A stretch of DNA of 62,890 nt, the filler included, from Octopus bimaculoides (taxonomy: Eukaryota): the NCBI RefSeq assembly GCF_001194135.2. It is 7 parts of 7 records of this genome, joined end to end, with 100 filler letters (N's around TTAATTAATTAA, not from the genome) between each part and the next. Parts side by side here need not be neighbours in the genome. Positions count along the whole stretch, not along the records: positions 13,052 to 21,431 come from NC_068986.1; positions 21,532 to 28,895 come from NW_026358303.1; 5 more parts are not named here. The stretch is one strand, 5' to 3'. The notes beneath the pieces were generated by a model that was not told the DNA's origin, ran no database searches, and saw nothing but the letters and a program-made list of their open reading frames with translations. Made by a program: the position numbers and the translations under genes. Of this stretch, positions 13,361 to 26,946 are shown piece by piece (positions within the stretch are counted from its first letter, which is position 1; each line of letters opens with the position of its first letter).

Positions 13361-14332
13361 GTGACAAGTATACATCTTTGATAAACAAGGTGATAACGTA
13401 ACAAATTTGAATAAAGTCTCAAGATTAACGGGCATCCTCTCTACAAGCAGAGCCCTCGAACCTTTTGAAGAAGAATTTCTTTTTGCCGAAAGTTGTAAGT
13501 TAAGAAAACAAATAATGCTTTTGAAAATAAAATATAGGACAAACACGATGAATTAAAAACTAGGATAAAATATTTATTTAAACTGATAAAAGATGAATAA
13601 AGCTAAAATAGAATACAACAAATAAAAATGTACAAAATCTCTAAAAGTAACTTTTATAGAACTATTGCAAATGATAATCCGGCCCAAAATATCCATATAA
13701 GACGATAATCCATCTAAACGATGGTTATCCATTTAAACGATAATCTGGCCCGACTTATCCAAATAAAAAGAAAGAAATCTAGAATATCTTTGTTAAGAAT
13801 AACCTTACTGGAATAAAAAGAAAAAACGAAAAAATGTAACTTTAAGCCTCAAACAACCATTACAGTAATAAATATCCAACAAAAAGGGATTCTGGAATAA
13901 TTAGCAAACAATCATTTGATAAAAGATCCCTTAAACTGTTTCAAGCTACTTAGATCACGTACATCCACCGTATGATTATAATAAAACATGTATAAAGGAA
14001 GACCATCAAAAGTTCTTATTTTACAAATCATCTTGCACAAATCCATTCCGTACCAGATCTTTATTTAATTCACTTAGCAACCTGAATCTTATACCCAACT
14101 TTTACCCTCAAATTAATTGTACTTGTATTAACAGGAGTACATGCTCTCCTGAATCTCAATGCTAGGAAGTGAAATATTTTACTAAAGTCATAAGCCAATA
14201 TCGCATTTTAAACCTGCATTGGCCTCATCTATATCCCTTTTAAGGTACGCGTTAATAAACACACAAACAGGTAGAAATCCCAGTCGAAATAAAACGAAAA
14301 GCGATATCTGTTTCATATGAAATTTCTAAAAT

Positions 14333-14436
14333 CTTAAGACTTAAACGGAGTAGCACTTTTAGGTTTAAGACTTAAATGAAGCATCTTAAGACTTAAATGG
14401 AATAGGACTTTTAGGTTTAAGACTTAAATGAAGCAT
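14333..14436. repeat. Local tandem duplication of about 52 bp
   Basis: TCTTAAGACTTAAA.GGA.TAG.ACTTTTAGGTTTAAGACTTAAATGAAGCAT occurs twice. Confidence 0.85.
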
Positions 14437-14499
14437 TGTTTTTGGATATTAGTCTTTCATTGGTGATGAAAGACCTTACAAATTATATGCATTCGAGAG

Positions 14500-15640
14500 C
14501 TTGAATATTCTACTCAGCACATATGCCATAGAAGTGTGTCTTCTTTATACGTCTAGAAACCTGAAAACGTATCCAGTATAAGCTCAAATTCTATCTCGAA
14601 AGTTAAATCTTCTACGTTGATTTGATTTAACTCATTTAAGTCACTTCAGTGTGAATTTCTACCATTATTGTTTTTCCATATAACCATTCACATTGAAGCA
14701 CATTTCTGTACAATTTCTAAATTTGATAATTTTTATTTCAAGTAGTTTGGTTTATCACTATAATAGAATAGGCATACCTACTTCTAAATTTAAGAAACTG
14801 TCGATCAATTATACCAAAGTAATACGATTTATTGACATGTTTGCCGACGATAGAACACTTTCCTGTCTCACTCACCTTTACAAAATGTCAAACATTCCGC
14901 CTACGAAGATATTTTCAGTGACATAACTAGAATGACGCTATGGAGAAACAAATAGCTTTTTAATTTTAATATTCTCAAAATCAACATAATATTTTAAAGC
15001 ACATAAAAAAACCTAATCATGTCTCTATTTTGATGGATAAGATTGTTTTAAACGTGTTTGCCCTTCTGGAAAGAGATTTAGGTGTTAATTCATACTCAAT
15101 TTGAGACTGGAATCCAACATTGCGAATGAGTTAATAGAGTGGCTTGTAGGGAAACTCATTCTACCGTTCAAAAGTTCTTAACACCCGAAAGGCTATTATA
15201 TTTCTACGGTGGTTAAATCTGTTCAAACATAGAGTACGTCTCATCTTGGAAGTATTCCTGAACACATGCACAGGTCACTATTAATGGAGTACAGAATCAC
15301 ATGCGGGTCTAGTTGGGAATCTTCTCTTTCCTTCATTTTATTAACTCATTCATGTTAATAAATGAGTGTTACAAAATTATTCCTGCTCTAACATTACAGC
15401 TGTAAAAGGAAATTAGATGCACTTCATTCAGTCCAGAATTTCCGTTCTGAAATAATGGTTTGTCAAACTCAGCAAATCGCATCTACGCTTCTTGGGTAAC
15501 GCACAAAGACTGTAGAAGTTGCGTTCGCAAACCTTTATCTCAGAACCGCTGAATTATGGAATATAATATCTCCAATTATTTTCCTGCATAATATGACCTT
15601 GATTTCTTTAGATTTAGGGTGAAAACATCCGTTGCCTAAT
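14500..15640 (+). mobile_element. Decayed CR1/L2/Jockey-group LINE, RT and C-terminal region
   Basis: Motifs occur in the expected order across frameshifts: DMFADD (14840-14851), ERDLGV (~15070), IEYVSSW (~15230), RTAELWN (~15545) and FPA*YDLDFFRFRV. The 5' boundary is uncertain. Confidence 0.7.
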
Positions 15641-18384
15641 GTTGCCGCCTTCCTCATTTTAATATTTTTATCGCTCCTTTAATTACCATTTCACTTTATT
15701 TTATCTCAGCTGTTTTAATGTCATATCATTTACGGTCGTTTATTGCATAAGATCTTTTATCAATTTTTTTTTATTACTATCTAATCGTACTGCATAACAT
15801 TTTTTATCAATTTTTTTATTATTATCTAATCGTATTTCATTTAAATATTTTATCAATTACTTTCCTGCAATCTTTTACTTGATACCTTGAATATGCATGC
15901 ATATAGAGTAGTTTTGTGATCATAAAACCACTCCCCATTCCACTACCCATTGCTAAGAAGTGTACAATGGGCTTTGTTAGCGAGGATTATGATTATAGAA
16001 AACATATTACTTAACTACATTAAGAGTAGAATAAAGTTACATAGCCCAATATAATTAAGTTAACCTTACAGATTTCTCGCACAGATAGTCTTCTATACAA
16101 CTCAGTTTGTTGGTACACACGCCTCCAACCAATATTTAAGATTAGAGCTATTCATCCTGGCTTTTTAACATGATCTTACCACAGCTTTTATATCACCATT
16201 CATTTAATGACACATAATTACCTCGTTTAACACAGGGATTATTTTCGTCATGTTTGAACTAACTGCTCATGAATATATTGTTCTACTTAGATCCATGTTT
16301 CCACCACACGTTGTTGAATCATCCACACAACGACTAAACTACCGAATCCAAACCTTAAACTGATATATATTCCTTCTTTACACTTATTCTATTTTGTATA
16401 AATATAAACCTATATAACTAATGCTTTACCATTACCCATTATTGCAATATGCTGTTTAGACACCTTAGTTAGTTACATTTCCTGTCTCATTAAGTAACAC
16501 ACTACAATTCTCTTAAGCTTTAAAACCAACATAAATCACATCTTAAATTATAAGCACGATATTTCATTTCCAGTTTCTAATCATTTCATGCGAATACGCA
16601 TATAAAAGGGTTTCACTATACAACCCCACACACGTACATACACAAACACACATATCTATATACGTATGCATGTATATATATATATATATATATATNNNNN
16701 NNNNNNNNNNNNNNNNNNNNNNNNNNNNNNNNNNNNNNNNNNNNNNNNNNNNNNNNNNNNNNNNNNNNNNNNNNNNNNNNNNNNNNNNNNNNNNNNNNNN
16801 NNNNNNNNNNNNNNNNNNNNNNNNNNNNNNNNNNNNNNNNNNNNNNNNNNNNNNNNNNNNNNNNNNNNNNNNNNNNNNNNNNNNNNNNNNNNNNNNNNNN
16901 NNNNNNNNNNNNNNNNNNNNNNNNNNNNNNNNNNNNNNNNNNNNNNNNNNNNNNNNNNNNNNNNNNNNNNNNNNNNNNNNNNNNNNNNNNNNNNNNNNNN
17001 NNNNNNNNNNNNNNNNNNNNNNNNNNNNNNNNNNNNNNNNNNNNNNNNNNNNNNNNNNNNNNNNNNNNNNNNNNNNNNNNNNNNNNNNNNNNNNNNNNNN
17101 NNNNNNNNNNNNNNNNNNNNNNNNNNNNNNNNNNNNNNNNNNNNNNNNNNNNNNNNNNNNNNNNNNNNNNNNNNNNNNNNNNNNNNNNNNNNNNNNNNNN
17201 NNNNNNNNNNNNNNNNNNNNNNNNNNNNNNNNNNNNNNNNNNNNNNNNNNNNNNNNNNNNNNNNNNNNNNNNNNNNNNNNNNNNNNNNNNNNNNNNNNNN
17301 NNNNNNNNNNNNNNNNNNNNNNNNNNNNNNNNNNNNNNNNNNNNNNNNNNNNNNNNNNNNNNNNNNNNNNNNNNNNNNNNNNNNNNNNNNNNNNNNNNNN
17401 NNNNNNNNNNNNNNNTATATATGTATATATAAGTACACACATACACACATATATATATATTAAAATATAGATATGCAGGGCAGGGAATCGTCAATTAGTA
17501 ATAAAATTAATAATTAACAATTTTGCCGGGTAGCTCAGTATGAAAAAACCTTTTCGGTAAAAAACATTTATAATCATAAATATATAGGGATTGACAGTAA
17601 CCTGCTTATGTATATATACATACATGTATACATATATATTTTTGAAAAAATGATTGAGAATATCATTACTCAAGTTTTTCCATTTTACAAGATGCTTGCA
17701 AACGGTATCGTTTCTTTTTCATTTTGCTGTTAAATAAAAATGAAATATTTATTATCAGATAATATACATTTTAAGCTTAGACCGATATAGAAACATTCTT
17801 TATTATATTTTACATTAAACGTTCATACAATATGTTATTTCACAAATAATTGTTTTGATGATATTGTTCAGACATTTAGTCTTTGTTCATATTGCACCCA
17901 GGCTCCATTTTTGCAGCAAAACGACGAAATTGTCCAATAAATGAGGATTTTCGGTTTTTTTCTATAGGAAGAATTTTAAAATGCATGTTCATATATTTAT
18001 TAATACATTTTTCATTAATATTAGGAAAAAAACAGAACAACAAACAATAAATGTTGTGATGATTTGTAAACATCTAATCATTTCAAATACAAAGTTAAGT
18101 ACAAAGACTTTCAAATATATAGTGTTGCACGACAGACTTTCTACTTCTCCTTCATTTGTATATATATAGATATACACATTTATATATACATATATATTTA
18201 AATATATTTATGTGTGTGCGTGTGTTTGTGTGTGTATATATATAAAGAATATGAGGGATTTAGTTCACTGATCTAAACGAATAGATACGCTGAGTAAGTG
18301 CTATAATTGGTCATAGGTTAGGTTCCAAGTTCACGGCTGAGGCTGGAGCTAGGGATCCGTATTAGGCTTCCGAGTTAGCAGGTA

Positions 18385-19497
18385 TATATTATATTAGAGG
18401 AAAAAGGTTTTTCAAGTGGTTTAGAATATTTAATTTCGGTGAAGTGAATATGATGTCTGCAGCTGTCTCTGGGATATCTCAAGTGATAGGTGAGCATGTC
18501 CGTACACGGGGTGATCTGATAAGGTGAGTATGTATGAAAGTTCTTGAAAGGGAGATTAACAGTCTATAAGGGATAAAATAATGAATAAAATAGTAAACAG
18601 AAGAATAAGGAGTAAAACAGAAAATAGAAGAATACAGACAGGAGAATAAAGTTCACATTTCATCTTCCCGAGGGTATAAAGGCATAGGCCTTAAACTATA
18701 ATCCCAGGCAAATCCAGGCAGTATTTTGAATGTTGCGTTCATGTTGAAGGAATAGAATTAAGTGGTTGGCTAGTAGCTTTCTCACTCTATATAACCAAGT
18801 GGATATATAGAGTGAGAAAGACAAGCATCATGATGGACAGTTATGGGTTGCGAACGAGGGAACAGAGGAGAGAGGGGGAAAGAGAGAAAAGAAAGGAATA
18901 AGATAGGTGTGGGAAAGAATGAATGAGGGCGAAAGTAAAATCAAATCAAATCAAAAACAATAAAAATAAGATGCCAGTATTATTCTTCGTAAGGGTTAGT
19001 TAAGGGTGAAAGACCAGGCGTTAAGGTCTTGGTACAGTGGAGGAGGAACGCATTTATGTCTATTAATTAAATGGGCTCGATGTGGTCAGAAAGATAATTT
19101 AGTTCAGTGGTCAGTAGGGATAGCCTAGATTTACTTGATTATACCTAAGGGCCTATACCTTCACGGATGTACGGACCAACCTCCATACTCACTGGAAGAA
19201 GAAGAACTGTGAACTTTATTATCCTGTCTGTATTCTTCTATCTATTGCTTTACTCTTTATTCTTTTATCTACTATTGTATTCATTATTTTATTCATTATA
19301 ATCTGTGAATTTCCCTGTCTAGAACTTTCATACATACTCACCTTGTCTCTGATAGCAGTGTACTGAGATCCTAGTCTATCACTTGGGATATCCCAGAAAC
19401 AACTGTAAGACTTCAAATTCACCTTACTCTAATTAAATATTCTAAATGACGTGAGATACCTGCCTTGGTTTTGTTGTCCTTTTCCCTCTAATATATA
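18385..19497. repeat. Old diverged inverted repeat: arms about 18385-18745 and 19120-19497
   Basis: Collinear inverted blocks include GTGAACTTTATT.TCCTGTCTGTATTCTTCTAT, AGAACTTTCATACATACTCACCTT, CTATCACTTG.GATATCCCAGA.AC and AATTAAATATTCTAAA. Confidence 0.85.
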
Positions 19498-20330
19498 TAT
19501 ATAGGCACAGGAATGACTGTGTGGTAGGTAGCTTGCTTACCAACCACATGGTTCTGGGTTAAGCCCCACTGCTTGGCAACTTTGGCAAGTGTCTGCTATT
19601 ATAGTCTCGGAATGTTTGACAGTTGTCCCGATATCTTCTACTATGTGTATGCCATTCACAGCAGTATTTGGAGAAATGCAGCCCTTACACCATGTATTGT
19701 ATCCTTAGAAAATAGATAAACAATAATTCATTTTGCTTGAAAAACCCTAGTTGAGATTTTCGGTAACCGCAATCTCTATTACCAAATAGCTGGCTTTCTG
19801 TTGGCTATTTATAAATCATTCAATCGTATATTTGGTACCAACCTTAGTGTCCCTTATCATTTCGGTCAACTCTAGTAAGCAATCTCGAAGGTAATTCAAA
19901 ATACTGAATTTGTAACCCAGCACAGAAATGATGAAAACTGTTCTTTATCTTTCTGCTTGATGAATACTCTCACATTTGTTTTACAGTCACCAGGAAAATG
20001 TGACAAGTGAGATACAAATATTAGAATGTCGAAGACGTCCATGCCCTTAAGAAATCACATCACCGACAATACAGGGGGCAGCTATTAATTTCTCTTGCAT
20101 AGAGTGTGTACAGTATAATCCAGCAACAGGCGGATCGCACAAATAATCATACTGAAGTCTCGGAAAGGCATTTTGCATCCATCGATAGATCATATTCAAA
20201 AACTTATTCTTTTATGACTTATATACATAAAGACTGCCATCTTGTTCATGCTTCCGTTACACCGAAGAATGTCAAAAGCAATTTTTGAAAAGAAAAAGAG
20301 AATTTGAACTTTTGTGGATTTTGTTCATGG

Positions 20331-21017
20331 TAGTGCATATAACTATAGAAATATTAATATTTATAAGTTTCTCTAAAGGAGACTACATCAAGGGTACTGG
20401 ATATTAATTATTATCGCCAAGGTAACATGGCAGTCCCCCCAAAATAGGACGAATGCTGCCGTTAATTAGCTCCAAGAGGCCACCGCCTTTAGCTAGCTTT
20501 GTGACACACGAACCTGCGTCCATTATAACCTTCGAACAGGGGAGGTCAGCCGCTTCCCCTTGCTGGTCTGGCATCTACAGACTAGTTTCAGGGTATTTGC
20601 CCTTTATCAATGTAGAGCAGCCGAACCGAGCAGGTGTCGCTACTGACCGTCTGTTCGAAGGATTATTTATCTAAATTCAGTGGAATACATCCACTGGTTT
20701 TCAAAAATAGAAATATTAATATTTCTAAGTCTCTCAAAAGGAGACTACGGCAGCGGTACTGGATATTAATAGTTATCGCCAAGCCAACATGTTAGTCCAG
20801 AAGAATAGGACGAATGCTGAAACTAGTCTGTAGATGCCAGACCAGCAAGGGGGAAGCGGCTGACCTCCTCTGTTCGAAGGTTATAAGGGACACAGGTTCG
20901 TGTGTGACATAGCTAGCTAGAGGCGAGGACCTCTTGGAGCTAATCAACGGCAGCATTTGTCCTATTTTACTAGACTGCCATGTTATCTTGGCGATAATGA
21001 TTAATAGTGCATATAAC
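20331..21017. repeat. Composite direct plus inverted repeat bounded by a 13-bp direct repeat
   Basis: Copy A 20346-20591, direct partial copy B 20708-20819 and inverted copy C 20817-21005. TAGTGCATATAAC occurs at 20331-20343 and 21005-21017. Confidence 0.85.
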
Positions 21018-21531
21018 CTTATATATAAATGTACTTTCAATGTAACTGAACAGTTTTTGCATCATAATTACATGTACTTTCCTTTAAATACATATATTTC
21101 CTTATAATATATATATAAATGAAGTGCACATTGATTTTAATGAAATTCTGTTTTTCTACGGATGTTTTTATACGAACATATATTGGATCGAATGTGTCGT
21201 AAAGCCAATGTGCTTTGAACCTATGATTTTTCAATTAACACATTGTACCCTACCCCATATATATATATATGTTGGATTCCTTCGTCGTGAGCGACAAATG
21301 AGGGTTCCGTAAGATAAAGAGGTTATCATGTTCTATCGATACGCTTGTCTCTTGAGGCCGGCTGGTGCCTATATATATAGAGGAATGTTTGTGTGTGCAC
21401 AGAATGTATCTACTCTCTCAGATATGTTATANNNNNNNNNNNNNNNNNNNNNNNNNNNNNNNNNNNNNNNNNNNNTTAATTAATTAANNNNNNNNNNNNN
21501 NNNNNNNNNNNNNNNNNNNNNNNNNNNNNNN

Positions 21532-21576
<45 letters not shown>

Positions 21577-22619
21577 AATTATCTTTTTCAGAATGAGATA
21601 AAAAAAAACATATATATATATATATATATATACTTGCGTAAGTCGTCTAAATGTCCATAAGTCTGTAAAAAGATGCACTCATATATCTGTCAATAGAGTG
21701 GATATATTATCCGAAGTGTACAGTATTATATATCCATCACGGCTGATGTAACCTATCGGTTACACTTAGGGCTACTATGGAGTGTTAAGTCACAATCTGA
21801 TTATATAGCCCTACGTTTATCAGAGGTAGACGATATGGAATGAAATGTGAGCACGTCTCATTACGTATATGTTTATATTTATTATCATATTAAATGACAT
21901 GCATTTCAAACTCCTGTATATTCATCAGCTAACATCTGCCATCATACAGTATAGTTAATCCTTTTATTCGATATGCATATGGAAATCCGTTAAGGTATGC
22001 ACAATGAATATAAAAATTTGTAAAACAAGAAGATGGACTGAATAGGCTTTAATCAAAATCACAATAGTTTCTGTGCATTAGTATCTGCTAACAGCAGTTG
22101 CTAAGATTTCCATATCATGCGAATATATAAAATATTGTTTACATATGTTTATGTATTTGTTTTGCAAGGTTTCTGATGTGAAATCGTGCGTTGAAACCGA
22201 TATTGTTATATTTCTGGATGGTCATTTTTTTGCCAAATATACACACGCACTATATATTCGTTCTTCACTTCAGATTTATTTTATTATTGCTCCTATTTTA
22301 TGTCCTTTGTCTGGAAATCCTTCGTCACAAGTCGTGAAACCTCTTCAACGACTCTCCCTCTCAAGTGTCTCCTCCTGTTCTGCTTTTGTCTAGTCTGTCT
22401 TTATATGGCGTGTATCGTTATTTGTGCAAGGCCTCTAAATACCTAGTCCACAAAAATGCAACTGTTGCGGACAACGCCAAGTTCAGTATACTAATAGCTG
22501 ACTTGTTAAGAGCAATGAGTAATATGCTCTGCATGTCCAACCCTACGGAATAAGAAAGTCACATACAACACTTCATCCACCGCATGCAGTTCTCTGATTA
22601 CAACTAAAGGGACAGGATT

Positions 22620-23720
22620 AGAGTGTACTAACGAACCAAGGTTAACAAAGGAACACGGCCATCATAGAGAATGATGCAAATGGGACCTGCCAGCTATACA
22701 GGAGTAAGTCCTAGGATAGCATAGTAGAACCAAGAAGATAAGTAAGGTCAACCAAAAACCAGATTGTCATTTTCGTGGACGCTACCCCTTGCGGCGAACT
22801 AGCATATCTTTTTAGAAAAACATTACGTAAGATAAATTTACGGATTAAAGTAGTAGAAAGGCCAGGGTCCCCATAAAATCCCTGATTTGTAGAACATATC
22901 CATTCGAAAGGTCCCCACGTACGAAGAAGAACTGTATAGTATGTAGGATGAGCCCACAGTTTAACTGTAAGATTAGGAATGTAGTCTATAGCATACAGTG
23001 CACTGAGGGACGGTACAGAAACGAAACAACATACCTTGGGGAGACAGCACGTAACATAGGGGAGTGTGTAAGTGAACCCTGGCGGGAGCTCAAAGTAGAG
23101 TAAGGCTCGATTTTGTTCTACCAAAATTCTCAATTAGAACATAGAGGCTCTGTTAATAACAGAGATATTGAGGTTATTATCAACGTATGGAACAGACACG
23201 ACACTTAGACACAATGCAGAGGTCGCACACATAGTAATAAACAGACCGAGCTTCAACAAAAAATAATAATGGAACAGTACCACACCCACCGCTACACCAC
23301 GAAACATGACGACTAAAAATGGAATGGGGTAAGAGTCAGATACAAACCGTATAATACATAAACTCATACACACACGCATAAACACTCAAAAGGCACACAT
23401 GCACATAACCTAAGTCAAAGTGGAAGGGAAAATAGAGAGATAAATAAGTAAATAGATGATAAAAACTAAATAAGGGACACAGATACAAACACTATAGTAA
23501 GCAAATCCATATACACACACGAAACAAACATACAGAACACATAGACATGCGTACACGCGCGCACACATAAAGATGCAGACGTAAACGCATGCGCAGATAA
23601 GGATACACACTATAGAAAGATAGAATGGACTAAACAGAACGGGAGGAGATACGTGGGATCGAGAATCGCTGAAGAAGTCACAGGATGTGTGACGAAAGAT
23701 TTTCAGGCAAAGGACATACA
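22620..23720 (+). mobile_element. Penelope-like element 3' fragment (GIY-YIG with upstream Cys motif) plus 3' region
   Basis: Frames give IVIFVDATPCGELA..RIKVVERPG, then CIVCRMSPQFNCKIRNVVYSIQCTE..TYLGETARNIGE, then RHNAEVAHI..PSFNKK**WN. In-frame stops are present. Confidence 0.8.
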
Positions 23721-24869
23721 ATGTGAACAGTAATAAAATAAATCGCGAAGAACGAATATATAGTGCGTGTGTTTATTGGCAAAAAAATGACCTCCCGAAA
23801 TATAACAATATTTTATAAATAGTTGCATAAATAGGATCCAGGAACAGCTTTGTACTTGTACATCATCAAATGAGGGGCTTTAAGAGCACTGCTGGATGAT
23901 ATTTAGTTTCCCATCGTTATTTATCCTATTGTGTTTTTAGCATTCCCACTATACTGATTAACTTTTAAACTCAAACAGATGTAAATCATAAAAATAACAG
24001 ATAAAGTAATAGCAATAAAAAATTAAGAATATAAACTACAATACAAAATGCCTAAAATTAATCAATGGAAATATAAATCAAAAGTACAAATACAAATTAA
24101 CCCAACCTAAAATACATTCATTTCTTATTCTATCGTAAGCATGTCTCGTTTTTATGAAGAGAGGTTAACACACTTCGTTATCTGCTTTGTCGGTAAATGA
24201 TTTTCTTCAAAGGACGCGTGGTCATCCTAGCATCCCAACAGGATACCAACTTGTCTTTTAGTCCACTCGTAAAAGTTAATTTCAGTTCTCCTGATACCTT
24301 TCATAATCGCTAAACCAGTCATTAAGATACCTGTCATACAGGAAGAGAATTATTCGCCTGAACCCATATACACACACATATGTCCATTCACTCGGTGTAT
24401 ACAGAGAAATAGTTATATTTAAATATCCATACACGCGCGCGCGCGCATATACATATATATGTAACTGTTGCTACCATGGAGATAAAATTCTCTCTTATGG
24501 TAGAAAGCTGCAAGAACACCATATCTGTTCAGTGCTTGTAGCTTTTTAGTCGCTGTCAATGGGAAATACCGAAGAGAGGCAATTCTGAAAAGACTTAATT
24601 AAAGCAACAGCAGCCTTAGCTAAAACACACTCAATAATATTGCCTGAGTTACGCCATTGGACCACCAAGTCGGAAACAATTACAACAGTATCGACGACAG
24701 GCAGTGCTTAGGCATAAACAATCTTTAGGTTAGTTAAAATATATTTGCGACATATTTCGATTTCTAGAGACAAATTCACTGCAATTACCGCATACATATA
24801 TATACATACATTCATACATACATACATGCATACATTTTTTAACCACCAAGTGACCAAGTTTGCATACAT

Positions 24870-25984
24870 GAAGCTGATAACATAAGACTAGGAAGGCAGT
24901 TCCTTGAGCAACATTCTTAGTCTGTTAACCTAGAATACATGCCCAAAGAAGTTGGACGACTCTACCGCAACGTATCATCATATGAAATGATGAGCCTGTA
25001 TGAGCAGAAGACTATGCATGGATATGTTAATAGAAAGCTCCGAGATGATAGTAACATCGATCATCAAAGCAGTTTATCATGGACCAATAGCCGTATTACT
25101 AACTCCCATTTTGAAAGGTATGCGTTTGCAATTCAGGAACAGGAAATACCAATCAAGTACCTGATGCATAAAAGGGATAGAGATGCAGGAAGAGCAGTAA
25201 AATGTGATATCCGATGCAGACTCTGTGGAGTTAACACCGAAAATATCACCCACATCATAAGCAGTTGTCCGAAAATGTCATCACGATATTATCTACCGAT
25301 GAGACATGATGCTGTAGCTAGGACAATCTGTAATGAAATCCGTCGAAAAGATAACCCCGAGGACAAAGAATTAAAAACCTGCAGTATAGTAAAAGCCATA
25401 GTCACTCATAATAAAAAGGAGTACTGGTGGAATGTTCCAGTGAAGACCTCAATAAAATGTAAATCCAACAGACCTGATATAATGATTTGGGATGGAGAAG
25501 AGAAACTGTGTATAGTTGTGTAAATTAGCTGTCCAGTGGCTGTTAACATAAAACTGAAGATCAATGAAAAAGAGAATACCTATGCTGAACTATTAAGAAA
25601 TCTGTAGTTAGTCTATACAGATTACAAGTTCAGATTTATACCTATAATTATTGGGGCCCTGGGATATGTAACACACTGCCTAAATACCAATCTTGAAGAA
25701 TTAGGCTTCTCAAAACCAGAAAGGAGAAAGCTAATTCCATCACTGGAACTGTAAAAATCTGTAATATTTTCCAGAAGTTTATCATTTAAATATATATGAG
25801 CATGTCAAGATATGCAACTATATGCATGAGAAGATATACATAAAGCAAAACATACAAATCTGCACATATACATACATACATACAAACAAACAAGTATGCC
25901 CTGAAATTCCAATGAGGGTGCCTTGAATCTAGGTTAGAAACGGCTCTTTATTTGCAAGAAATCTTGAAATAAACTGAACACTGA
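24870..25984 (+). mobile_element. 5'-truncated R4/Dong-like non-LTR retrotransposon (CCHC knuckle plus restriction-like endonuclease), inactivated
   Basis: ORF 24939-25523 contains QKTMHG, AFAIQEQEI, CRLC-ENITHIISSC (CCHC), MRHDAVA, EYWWN and RPDIMIWD. In frame past a TAA (in place of the catalytic E) it reads ISCP..NIKLKINEKENTYAELL..FIPIIIGALG. The 3' end aaataaactgaa is followed by (CATA)n. Confidence 0.88.
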
Positions 25985-26946
25985 CATACATACATACATA
26001 CATACATGCATGCATGCATGCATGCATACACATACACATACACATACACACATACATGGATACATACATGCATGCATAGATACATGCATACATAATATGT
26101 ACGCACATGGTCATTGGTATACATGCATCTCTACTTTAATAAGCCAGCATTGTTTAGATTCATACTTACATACATACATTCATACTAATGTCCATACACA
26201 CATATATACATATGTTCATAGTACTAACGGTTGATGAACCTTTCAGTGTTAGGTTAAATTTATATTTTACATCCCACACATTCCTCACGTTTTTTCATAT
26301 TTTGCTTTTTGTTCCACACTAATGTATCTGTATCTAAACATACCAATAATGATACTGAAAACATTATATAAGCATTTCCGAGTATATGACGAATTGATAT
26401 AACTACATGATCATAGGTACATACAAATTATTACAATTATCACATAATTCAAGGTAACAACAATATAAACTTGCCATTATACGTAATCACGAAATTTTAA
26501 GTACATTTTGATATATTGAATGTTATATATTTTTTCTCTATTCCAGCGATGAACTTTTAAGTTTATGATGACATGTACAGATAATCTCCGAGTGTTTGCT
26601 AATTATTTTTTCATTACATGATATCATTTCCAGTGCCTCTTCCAAGCAGAGGTTATATACTTTGGAGTATGCGTTATACGGTTTTGCTATTCGTAGTACC
26701 TACCTAGTAGTACTGTAATTTATTGTTTTCCTTTTGAGGTCACATATAAGGTATGCGAGTGATATGCATTACCTTTTACAGCTATTGGCAAACGATGCAA
26801 CATGATCCCATCAGAAGCTCTTGAAGGTATTGCTGATTGCATCTATATATGCATATGTATATGCAGATATTTTACAGCACATCTATGTATAAAGTTCCAT
26901 ACGTGAACATTCGCTAAAGGACATGCATTTTTATCCCTATAGTTAC

